Assembly: GCA_963675295.2 (NCBI GenBank)
Contig: CAXXKJ010000002.1
Span: 2,720,001 to 2,784,000 of the forward strand
Direction of reading: 5' to 3'
Source: a bacterium
GTDB lineage: Bacteria; Electryoneota; Electryoneia; Electryoneales; Electryoneaceae
DNA: 64,000 nt
Shown here piece by piece: positions 53,144 through 61,671 of this stretch. The position numbers were made by a program, and so were the translations under genes. The notes beneath the pieces are model-generated. The model had not been told where the DNA came from and ran no database searches. It was given only the letters and a program-made list of their open reading frames with translations. How positions within the stretch are numbered: the first letter of the stretch is position 1; each line of letters opens with the position of its first letter.

Positions 53144-53499
53144 AGCAAATCCTCCCTAAAAGGTACGCGGCTCAAGTAGCGGCGTGGATAGAAAAACTAC
53201 AGGATCGGATCTTCGTCTTTCAAGAAGAAGAGATACCGGCTAAGCTCTGGAATCTCGCAGATAAAGCCCAGCAGCTTCTGAGTGGTGCTGACAGACTATT
53301 CCCTCTGTGCTTCAGCGATACCCAGCCTACGCACCTTCAACTACGTGATCCTGTAACGGGTGACTTGAATTGCAGGATTCGTGCGGTTAAACAAGATCGA
53401 AGCGGAACCGTCAGACTGGTGGTGGAATCACAGTCACGACCGGGGCAGCCGTTCCTGATAACCTTCCGCCAGTCCGGAGGACGGACGTATGTCAGTTGA
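53140..53499 (+). CDS. Hypothetical protein
   Basis: Overlaps both neighbours; GGAGG RBS. Confidence 0.55.
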   Translation: MKQILPKRYAAQVAAWIEKLQDRIFVFQEEEIPAKLWNLADKAQQLLSGADRLFPLCFSDTQPTHLQLRDPVTGDLNCRIRAVKQDRSGTVRLVVESQSRPGQPFLITFRQSGGRTYVS

Positions 53500-55504
53500 T
53501 CCGGCTGCAAGTGCAATCCTGAACGGATTGCCACAGGTGCCAGACCTTGACCAAATCCGGCGCGCGCATGGAATCTACAATGCCCTCGGCTACCGTACAT
53601 GCGAATTTGACCGTGGTACGAAAGCACCTCGTGAGCCCGGCTGGCCAACACGCACGGTCACAGAACCCAGGCTGCTGAACCTCGGGATCATACTTGGCGA
53701 GGCTAGCGGTTGGCTCACAGATGTTGACCTTGATACACCTGAAGCGATAGCAGCCGCACCCTGGATTCTACCAGCTACGAAGATGAAGAGCAGGCGTCAC
53801 GCTGCTCCGGTAAGTCACTTCTGGTATCGTTGCCAAGGTCTCCCACCAGACAAGACGCGTGTAGAGTACAACGATCCAAAACCTCCGAACGGCGGTCGCG
53901 CTTGTCTTGTCGAACTTCGCTGGGGCGGTAGAGGGGGCATACAAACCGCTGTACCTCCGTCTATCCTTCCCCGCTCTGACGGGTCCGGCGATGATCGGGT
54001 TGAGTGGGAGGACAAAAAGGCACTGACACCAGCAGAGGTCGATCCTGCAACCCTTCAACAGGCGGTGAGGAAGGTTGCCGCAGTCGCACTCCTTGCGCGA
54101 CGATGGGTGAGCGGAAAGCGTCATGCAATGGTCCTGCCTTGGGCTGGAACGCTCGCAAGAGGGGGGATCGGTGAAGATGCGGCTGTCCTATTGACGAAGG
54201 CGCTTTGTGCTGCTGCTGGCGATCCAGAAGTAGATGACCGCATTCAAGCCGTTGCCGATACCTATCAGAAACACGAGGCTGGGATCTCCAATTTTTCCGG
54301 CATACCCACCCTGAAATCCCACCTTGGCTCGAAGGAAACGGCACTGCTCTGCGAGTGGCTGGGAATCGAAACGGGGAGTGCACGTCTACCCCAACCGGAT
54401 CTATCCGTAGCTGAACGATATGTGCAGGTGAAAGACGATCTTTCTATTGAAGTCCTTGAAAACGCTCGCTTGGCAGAAGAAGACATTCAACTGCCCACAA
54501 TGCAGGATGTAATCAACAGGTGCGGGAAGATAACGTGGCTGTGGCAAGATTATCTGGCAAATGGTGCGATTACGCTTATCGTTGCGGATAAAGGCGTAGG
54601 CAAATCCTGGGTTGCACAAAGCATTGTAGCATGTGTAGTGCATGGGCTACCGTGGCCCAACTCAGCGTTCAACGAAGATTTAGACGGCGGATATGTGTTG
54701 TGGGTCGAAGCCGAGGGCCGAAAAGTACTGAACGCTAATCGGTTGAAGGGAATGAACGTTAATCTTGATCGGGTAGTAATGCCGGAAATCGATAGCGCGG
54801 GGATTGACTTGACCAAACCCCAGCATTGGTTGAAATTTGTCGGTGCGGCGCAAAGACCGGAGATCAAACTGATCGTGATTGACTCGCTATCCGGTGCTCA
54901 CGAAGGAGATGAAAACAAAACCCAGGACCAGCAACGTGTGATGAAGCGGCTCGCCAATTTCGCGGAATTTCTTCAGAAACCGATCATCGTGACGCACCAT
55001 CTACGAAAGAAGGCTCCAGGCCAGCAACGAAAAAATGTTGAGATAGACGATGTTCGGGGATCAGGCTCAATCACGCAGTACGCTCAGGTTATCGTTGGGA
55101 TTACCCGCACCAGCGATGAAAGCCCGGTGATGCACGTCAAGCAGATACGTAACAACCTCGTGGAACACCCGCGCGAACAACTCGAAGCACGTGTAGTGGA
55201 TGGAATTGTTGAATGGGATACCGTTGAATCATCCGATTCCGACACTTCCCATCAGTCACAAGCCTATAAGTTCTTCCTGTTCACACTCGAAGAAGCAGGA
55301 GACGGTGGAATCACCGCTAAGAAGCTGGTTGCGACCATGCAGCTGCAAGGACACAGTTACCAAGATTACCTGACAGCACGCGCCAAAGCGATTGTCGAAG
55401 ACCTTCTGGTAGAAGTTGATGAACGAGATATGCACGGCACGTTCCTCGGCAAGACACTGAAACTGGCGAAACCGATACCAGCTGGTGAAAACGATTCGTT
55501 CTAA
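53489..55504 (+). CDS. Prim-Pol primase fused to a RecA-like (AAA_25/RepA) helicase
   Basis: K.P...GW, NLGI..G..SGW..DVDLD, H.WY, PPS; Walker A-like ADKGVGKS, Walker B LIVIDS, HHLRK and RGSG.I. Confidence 0.85.
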   Translation: MSVDPAASAILNGLPQVPDLDQIRRAHGIYNALGYRTCEFDRGTKAPREPGWPTRTVTEPRLLNLGIILGEASGWLTDVDLDTPEAIAAAPWILPATKMKSRRHAAPVSHFWYRCQGLPPDKTRVEYNDPKPPNGGRACLVELRWGGRGGIQTAVPPSILPRSDGSGDDRVEWEDKKALTPAEVDPATLQQAVRKVAAVALLARRWVSGKRHAMVLPWAGTLARGGIGEDAAVLLTKALCAAAGDPEVDDRIQAVADTYQKHEAGISNFSGIPTLKSHLGSKETALLCEWLGIETGSARLPQPDLSVAERYVQVKDDLSIEVLENARLAEEDIQLPTMQDVINRCGKITWLWQDYLANGAITLIVADKGVGKSWVAQSIVACVVHGLPWPNSAFNEDLDGGYVLWVEAEGRKVLNANRLKGMNVNLDRVVMPEIDSAGIDLTKPQHWLKFVGAAQRPEIKLIVIDSLSGAHEGDENKTQDQQRVMKRLANFAEFLQKPIIVTHHLRKKAPGQQRKNVEIDDVRGSGSITQYAQVIVGITRTSDESPVMHVKQIRNNLVEHPREQLEARVVDGIVEWDTVESSDSDTSHQSQAYKFFLFTLEEAGDGGITAKKLVATMQLQGHSYQDYLTARAKAIVEDLLVEVDERDMHGTFLGKTLKLAKPIPAGENDSF

Positions 55505-55748
55505 TCCTAAAAATACCATGCAATATGCAATGCATCGGTCTCGTGAAAAGGGGGTTTTACACTACATGGTCGTTTTTATTGAACTTACGTCGAATGCGGT
55601 TTGCAACGCTTATGGCAAGGCACCATGGAATCGGGTGAGCCTTGCATACCGCGTAAGCTGTAAGTCGTTAAAAAACATCCATTGAGTCTAGGCCGCACCC
55701 CCAGTGCAACGCATTTTGCAATGCACACTGCAACGTATTTTTGGGATT
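55503..55748. promoter_or_regulatory. Putative replication origin bounded by a 32-bp imperfect inverted repeat
   Basis: 55503-55534 matches the reverse complement of 55717-55748 at 26/32 positions; repeated TGCAA units. Confidence 0.55.
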
Positions 55749-55772
55749 TTGATATCGAAAGGAGATCGAAGA

Positions 55773-56231
55773 ATGCCCACTGCTAAAAGAGCGACGCAAC
55801 AGCGAGGTAGACCGTTCAAACCCGGACAGAGCGGAAATCCGGCAGGCAGACCGCAAGGCTCGAAGCACAAAGCCACACTCGCGGCTGAGGCGCTGTTGGA
55901 TGGCGAGGCTGAGGCGTTGACACGGAAAGCTGTAGAAAAGGCGCTGGAAGGCGATACAACGGCGCTCAGGCTATGCTTGGAACGAATCGTGCCACCGCGC
56001 CGGGATCGGACCGTACCGTTCGATTTCCCCCAGGTAGAGACCGCTTCCGATACAGTCAAGGCAAAGACCGCGCTACTCCGGGTGGTTGCGGACGGTACCC
56101 TCTCCCCTGCCGAGGCGCAAGCGTTATCCGGACTGCTCGACGGATTCCTCAAGACCCTTGAAGTGGTCGAACTTGAAGAGCGGCTTGCTCGGGTTGAGGA
56201 GCGGATGGAACAGCAGAGGAACACACGTTGA
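55773..56231 (+). CDS. DUF5681-domain protein (terminase-small-subunit-like)
   Basis: PFKPGQSGNPAGRP.GS, A.EGD..AL..CLERI.P and a C-terminal coiled coil; AAGGAG RBS. Confidence 0.8.
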   Translation: MPTAKRATQQRGRPFKPGQSGNPAGRPQGSKHKATLAAEALLDGEAEALTRKAVEKALEGDTTALRLCLERIVPPRRDRTVPFDFPQVETASDTVKAKTALLRVVADGTLSPAEAQALSGLLDGFLKTLEVVELEERLARVEERMEQQRNTR

Positions 56232-56485
56232 ACCGCGCAATGTTGAATCGCCTCGAAGTGCTGGAGCGGCTGACGTTTGAACCTGACGGTTTCCAGGCAA
56301 TGCTTCGTTCGGAATATGATCGTCTGCTTTCAGAGCACGGTGACGAGGAGAGCGTCCGCAAGGTGCTCGGTGTCCGGCTGCTTGTCGTTGTGGATGAAGA
56401 CCCGCCCGGCGGAGACGAAATGGCCGTTTGGGCTGTTGAGTCGCTTTACTCGGCGCTGGAACGATCCGGATACGAGGGCAAATAA
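56228..56485 (+). CDS. Small hypothetical protein, paralogue A
   Basis: TTGA overlap with upstream stop; similar to the next two ORFs. Confidence 0.65.
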   Translation: MNRAMLNRLEVLERLTFEPDGFQAMLRSEYDRLLSEHGDEESVRKVLGVRLLVVVDEDPPGGDEMAVWAVESLYSALERSGYEGK

Positions 56486-56486
56486 C

Positions 56487-56942
56487 GTGAACCGTGCGAA
56501 GCTGCTTCATCGGCTGGATGTGCTTGAACGGTCACTCCCCCCTTCCCCGGTTTTGTTCATGTTGCCGGGAGAATGGCAGGAACATGTTCGGAAACATGGC
56601 GGAAGCGAATCCCGCGCAAAACGTGAACTTGGGACCGAGCCCGTGCTGGTGCCAGACGAGACCACTCGTGCGTATGCCGAGGAGATGTTCAACAATCCCG
56701 CTCCCAGTCTCCTTAGAACGACCGTGGCCGAGGTTTGGGACAAGATCTTTGAATGCAACGGCGGAACCCCTGCCATTTTAACCGATTTCCCGGTTGTCGT
56801 GTGCGCAGATTGGATGACGTATGACGCCCTCGCCGGGAAAAACCCGTTGATTACCCGGTTCGGGTGCGGCTTGACCGGAGAGGAACACCGTGATCTCGAA
56901 GATGAAGCGGCGGCTGAAGACGCTCGAAGATCGGCTGAATAG
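56487..56942 (+). CDS. Hypothetical protein, paralogue B
   Basis: GTG start 1 nt after the stop of paralogue A; begins NRAKLLHRLDVLER. Confidence 0.65.
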   Translation: MNRAKLLHRLDVLERSLPPSPVLFMLPGEWQEHVRKHGGSESRAKRELGTEPVLVPDETTRAYAEEMFNNPAPSLLRTTVAEVWDKIFECNGGTPAILTDFPVVVCADWMTYDALAGKNPLITRFGCGLTGEEHRDLEDEAAAEDARRSAE

Positions 56943-57111
56943 CGTCTCCGGGTTGACAGTGTTCCTCGCGTCAGAGTGGCACAAACTGCTCGAACAGCAC
57001 TGCGGAGATGAATACGCGGCTCGTAGGAGCACCGGTTCACACGTACTGATCGTCTCTAAATCGGCTGATCGAGAGGCGCTGCAAGCGTGCCTGGATGCTG
57101 TCTACAGATAA
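56890..57111 (+). CDS. Small hypothetical protein, paralogue C
   Basis: GAGGA RBS before GTG; RRLKTLE...FLASEW..LLEQH. Confidence 0.55.
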   Translation: MISKMKRRLKTLEDRLNSVSGLTVFLASEWHKLLEQHCGDEYAARRSTGSHVLIVSKSADREALQACLDAVYR

Positions 57112-57251
57112 AATCTGAAAACCATTGCGAACACCTCCAAGAGTCACCTGCCCAAGAATACCAATCAGCACATGCCTCTGTTTGTGAATTCTTGTACTCT
57201 CTGCACTAAGTTGAAAGCCAAACTCAGTCACCAGTACTGGAGATTGGTCCG

Positions 57252-59351
57252 ATGAAAATCAGCGTCTCTGTGATTCTAGTTTGCTTCACAGCACTCACAG
57301 CATCCGCACAGCCGGTTTGGGTTGACCGTGAGATACACTCCGGCCTTGACCAAGATTTGACCGCAAACATAGCTGATATTGATGGGGATGGAGACCTTGA
57401 CATTCTCTCTGCATCCTACAATTCCGATTACGTACAATGGTGGGATAATCTTGATGGTACTGGACTTAACTGGTCGTATCACCCTATTGGAAGTATAGAT
57501 GGTGCTCGTTCCTCGTACGCTGGCGATATTGATGGAGATGGTGATTTAGATGTTGTTGGTGCAGCATATTTTGATGATGATGTTATATGGTGGGAAAACG
57601 CAAATGGTAACGGGACAAACTGGATAGAACATACGGTAGATGACAATTTTAATGGCGTTAATGCAGTTTATATATCTGACATTGACGGTGATGGAGATAA
57701 TGATGTGATCGGTGGCTCTTGGTGGAATGGATTCAAGTGGTGGGAAAATATTGACGGTGATGGAAGGTTTTGGAATACATATACTGTTTCTGGAACAGAT
57801 TATGGTGTATCAGTTCACTGCGCTGACGTAGATAGTGATGGTGATATTGATGTATTAGGAGCATCAACAGACAACGAAAAACTATTTTGGTGTGAAAATG
57901 AGGATAGTAATGGCACATCATGGATCGAACATACTATGTCATTAAATTCGGGTGATGCAAGAGATGTAAATACGATAGATATTGACTCAGATGGCGATAT
58001 AGATATTATAGGTGCTATAGATCATAGTATTATGATTTGGGAAAATGACGGTACCAATAATATAAATGATTGGAATGAATATACTTCTGGAAACATAGGT
58101 GGTACAATGTCAGTATATGCCGTAGATGTTAATGAAGACGGTTGGATGGACATTCTATCTTCAATATGGTCGGGTACGCCGATATCTTGGTGGGAAAATG
58201 ATGGTACGAATGATATTTCTAACTGGTTAGAACACCTTGTAACAGAAGAAGGAGGAGAGTTTGGCAGTGTAAAAGAAGCATGTTCGGGAGATTTTGATTC
58301 TGATGGTGATTGGGACGTACTTGGAGCATCCTATGATTCAATCACGTGGTGGGAGCAACATTACCCGACAGAGATTTTAGCTCCAAATGGTGGTGAGGCT
58401 TGGAGAATCGGGACAACTCACGATATTGAATGGAGTACTACTGCGGACCAGACAATCACCCTTGATCTTCTTGATGGTGAAAATCTGGAACGTACATTGG
58501 CCGAGGATATTGAAAACTCTGGAATCCTTGAATGGACAATTCCGAACGATATTCAACCGGGTCAGAACTACTACATCCGGTGCACTATAGCTGATGGTTC
58601 CGAACAAGACGTTAGCGATGTAGCGTTTGCAATTACTGCTCTCCCCGGATTGACTCTTACTCCGCATTTACCCCCGATTATTATTCCGTCACAGGGTAAT
58701 GGTTTCTGGTACTGGGTTGAGATAAGTAATCACTCTCCATTTTCAGGAACCGGTCACTACTGGACTGAGGTCGTTTTACCGAATGGAAACACTTATGGCC
58801 CACTGTCAGTTACGCCCAAGACGCTAGAGCCGTGGCAGACGTTTGCCCCCGGCCTACCCTTCCCACAGTGGATACCAGCCTATGCACCGGCAGGTACATA
58901 CGATTTCGTGATGCACGTGGGTATCTACCCGAATTTGATCGTTGCAACAGATAGCTTCGAGTTTGAAAAGCTAGCAGGGACAAGCACGGTTTCCGTCCCT
59001 CAGTCTGCCTGGAACGTGGAGGACTGGCGCAACGAAGCATGGGAGACCACGGGTGCACAGGTAGCCACTCAGGAACCGCTCCCTAACGAGTTCAGCGTCT
59101 CCCCCGCGTATCCGAACCCCTTCAATGCCAGCATCTCGCTCACGGTGTTCCTGCCCGAACCGGCAGAACTGACTGTGACCGTCTACGACGTGCTCGGGCG
59201 CGAGGTGGCTATCCTTGCCAATGGACAACACTCTGCCGGGAAAAATCGGCTTACGTTTGAAGCATCCGGCTTGGCGAGCGGTCTGTATTTCGTCCGCGCG
59301 ACGGTTCCCGGCCACCTCGACCAGGTGCAGAAGGTGATGTTGGTTCGCTAG
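57252..59351 (+). CDS. Secreted 7-repeat FG-GAP/VCBS propeller with Ig-like domains and T9SS-type tail
   Basis: Signal peptide, seven DxDxDGD...WWEN-type repeats, APNGGE.W Ig-like domain, LPNG/PAGTY domain and YPNPFN tail. Confidence 0.88.
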   Translation: MKISVSVILVCFTALTASAQPVWVDREIHSGLDQDLTANIADIDGDGDLDILSASYNSDYVQWWDNLDGTGLNWSYHPIGSIDGARSSYAGDIDGDGDLDVVGAAYFDDDVIWWENANGNGTNWIEHTVDDNFNGVNAVYISDIDGDGDNDVIGGSWWNGFKWWENIDGDGRFWNTYTVSGTDYGVSVHCADVDSDGDIDVLGASTDNEKLFWCENEDSNGTSWIEHTMSLNSGDARDVNTIDIDSDGDIDIIGAIDHSIMIWENDGTNNINDWNEYTSGNIGGTMSVYAVDVNEDGWMDILSSIWSGTPISWWENDGTNDISNWLEHLVTEEGGEFGSVKEACSGDFDSDGDWDVLGASYDSITWWEQHYPTEILAPNGGEAWRIGTTHDIEWSTTADQTITLDLLDGENLERTLAEDIENSGILEWTIPNDIQPGQNYYIRCTIADGSEQDVSDVAFAITALPGLTLTPHLPPIIIPSQGNGFWYWVEISNHSPFSGTGHYWTEVVLPNGNTYGPLSVTPKTLEPWQTFAPGLPFPQWIPAYAPAGTYDFVMHVGIYPNLIVATDSFEFEKLAGTSTVSVPQSAWNVEDWRNEAWETTGAQVATQEPLPNEFSVSPAYPNPFNASISLTVFLPEPAELTVTVYDVLGREVAILANGQHSAGKNRLTFEASGLASGLYFVRATVPGHLDQVQKVMLVR

Positions 59352-59376
59352 CTAGACAAGCTACGGCAGATTTATC

Positions 59377-59409
59377 AAAGGGCGCTTCGGTCACATCGGG
59401 CGCCTTTTT
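59377..59409 (+). terminator. Probable terminator
   Basis: GGCGC...GCGCC stem followed by TTTTT. Confidence 0.5.
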
Positions 59410-59801
59410 CTGTAACTTCCTATACGAAGGCGTTCAAAGGGAAAGTTATGGAAAATCGTGTCCAACCCGCCCTATGTGCCCCACGAAAAATTTCCAGAAA
59501 ATATATCAGTGCGTTCGATCCCGAGGCTCCGTAGGTACCGGTTTACGGGGTATTTCCACGCAGGCCGTATCTCCACTACGGGGGCCGTTTCTGCGCAAGA
59601 CAGGTTTTCACGCACTTTTTTGTGTTGTCTCGCTGCAGCGCGCTGCGTGCAGCACCTTGAATCGGGGGATGTCAGCACACAACAAAACAAAAATGAGAAT
59701 CCGGATTGCTGGGATAGCAAGCCTGATACACAAACCGTATATTGATTTTCAGGGATCGATCTAAGCCACGCAGCTGGGATCAGTATCTGGGGGAGGGAAT
59801 C

Positions 59802-61637
59802 ATGAAAAAGCTTACCATCCTACTTTGTGCCATTCTGATGTGCACCACTGCATCCGCGCAAGAATGGACCGAACACGCGGTAGATTCTGAGTTTGAAGGT
59901 GCAAACTGCGTTTACGCGGCAGATGTGGATAATGATGGTGACATAGATGTGCTTGGCGCAGCAATTTTTGCAGATGACATTACTTGGTGGGAGAATCTGG
60001 ATGGTACAGGTCTGGTCTGGTTTGAACACATAGTGGATGGAGAATATGATGGTGTTCAAAGTGTTTACGCGGCAGATATGGACGGTGACGGCGATATCGA
60101 TGTTTTGGGCGCTGCATATTCTGTAGACGAGATCACTTGGTGGGAAAATTTAGATGGCAATGGATTGAGCTGGGCTGAACACGTGGTTGACGAGAATTTC
60201 AATGGATGCAGGAAAGCATATGCGGCTGATGTGGACGGCGACGGCGACATGGACGTACTCGGCGCAGCAAGTTCTTCCGATATGATCGCTTGGTGGGAGA
60301 ATCTCGATGGCACAGGCCTGAACTGGTCTGAACACATAGTTGATGAAATGTATAATTACGCGCATTGTGTTTTCACGGCGGATGTGAATGGAGATGGCAA
60401 CATGGATGTGCTTGGTGCTGCATGTATTGACGGCATTGTCTGGTGGGAGAATCTCGATGGTACAGGCCTGAACTGGTCTGAACACGTAGTAGATGAAATG
60501 TTTGATTGCGCGGTAAATGTTTACGCGGCAGATGTGGATAATGATGGTGACATAGATGTGCTAGGCGCAGCCCGAAATGTCAACGATACAGACGACATTG
60601 CCTGGTGGGAAAACGTAGATGGCGATGGGCTGAACTGGTCCGAACACTCGTTGGACGAGAATTACGACGGCGCTTGGGGTGTTCATGCAACGGATATGGA
60701 CGGCGATGGCGATGTGGACATACTAAGCTCTGCCCAACACGCCCAAGAGATCACCTATTGGGAGAATCTGGATGGTACAGGACTTACCTGGTTTGAACAC
60801 ACAGTGGATGACTCGTTTGATATGGCAAGGGGTGTTTTTGCTGAAGATGTAGATGGTGATGGCGACATCGATGTTCTGGGGGCAGCTCTATTTGCCGATG
60901 ATATCGCCTGGTGGGAACAGCTTGGATCTCCCGACCTGATCGACATCAGCCTGACCGCCCCGAATCCGCTAATCGTACCCCGGGGAGGGAGTTTTCAATA
61001 CGAAGCCCTGGTAACGAGCAACCTTCCTTCACCATACAATGTAGACTTCTGGACGTATGTCAGCTTGCCCAACGGTTCGCCTTATGGCCCGCTGCAACGG
61101 ATCAACAACGTTCCGATGACACCAACGACAATCATCGGACCGGTCAACCTGGGTCTTGCTATTCCCCAGACCGCCGTCCTGGGTGAGTACACCTTCCATA
61201 TGCAGGCTGGACGATTCCCGGCAACGGTGGTCGGGGAAGACGAGTTCCCCTTTGAAGTGGTCGCAGCTACCGGCACAAACGGCCTGCCATCCAGCGATTG
61301 GTCCGCATGGGGACTGGACCAGCTACACCAGACTAGTAGCGAAGAAACGGTTACTGATGTGGCTACTCCCACTACCTACTCGCTTGCCGGTGCGTATCCG
61401 AACCCGTTCAACGCGAGCACTACGCTGACCGTGAACCTGCCGGAGATAGCTGAATTGACCGTGGTCGTGTACAACACGCTTGGCCAGGAGGTGGTGCGAA
61501 TAGCGGACGGCACCATGTCGGCCGGGAAGCACGATTTCTCCTTCAACGCCAGCACGTTATCCAGCGGTGTCTATTTTGTCCAGGTACGGGTACCAGGCAA
61601 ACTGGACGAGTTACGAAAAGTCGTTTTGATGAAATAG
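59802..61637 (+). CDS. Secreted 7-repeat FG-GAP/VCBS propeller with T9SS-type tail
   Basis: MKK signal peptide, seven W.EH.VD...D.DGDGD.DVLGAA...WWEN repeats and YPNPFN tail. Confidence 0.9.
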   Translation: MKKLTILLCAILMCTTASAQEWTEHAVDSEFEGANCVYAADVDNDGDIDVLGAAIFADDITWWENLDGTGLVWFEHIVDGEYDGVQSVYAADMDGDGDIDVLGAAYSVDEITWWENLDGNGLSWAEHVVDENFNGCRKAYAADVDGDGDMDVLGAASSSDMIAWWENLDGTGLNWSEHIVDEMYNYAHCVFTADVNGDGNMDVLGAACIDGIVWWENLDGTGLNWSEHVVDEMFDCAVNVYAADVDNDGDIDVLGAARNVNDTDDIAWWENVDGDGLNWSEHSLDENYDGAWGVHATDMDGDGDVDILSSAQHAQEITYWENLDGTGLTWFEHTVDDSFDMARGVFAEDVDGDGDIDVLGAALFADDIAWWEQLGSPDLIDISLTAPNPLIVPRGGSFQYEALVTSNLPSPYNVDFWTYVSLPNGSPYGPLQRINNVPMTPTTIIGPVNLGLAIPQTAVLGEYTFHMQAGRFPATVVGEDEFPFEVVAATGTNGLPSSDWSAWGLDQLHQTSSEETVTDVATPTTYSLAGAYPNPFNASTTLTVNLPEIAELTVVVYNTLGQEVVRIADGTMSAGKHDFSFNASTLSSGVYFVQVRVPGKLDELRKVVLMK

Positions 61638-61671
61638 GCGGAAATTCTGCCAGTATCTGGGGGAGGGAATC

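Noticed and set aside
51158-57111. Intact prophage
   Set aside because: No large terminase, portal, capsid, tail or lysis genes.
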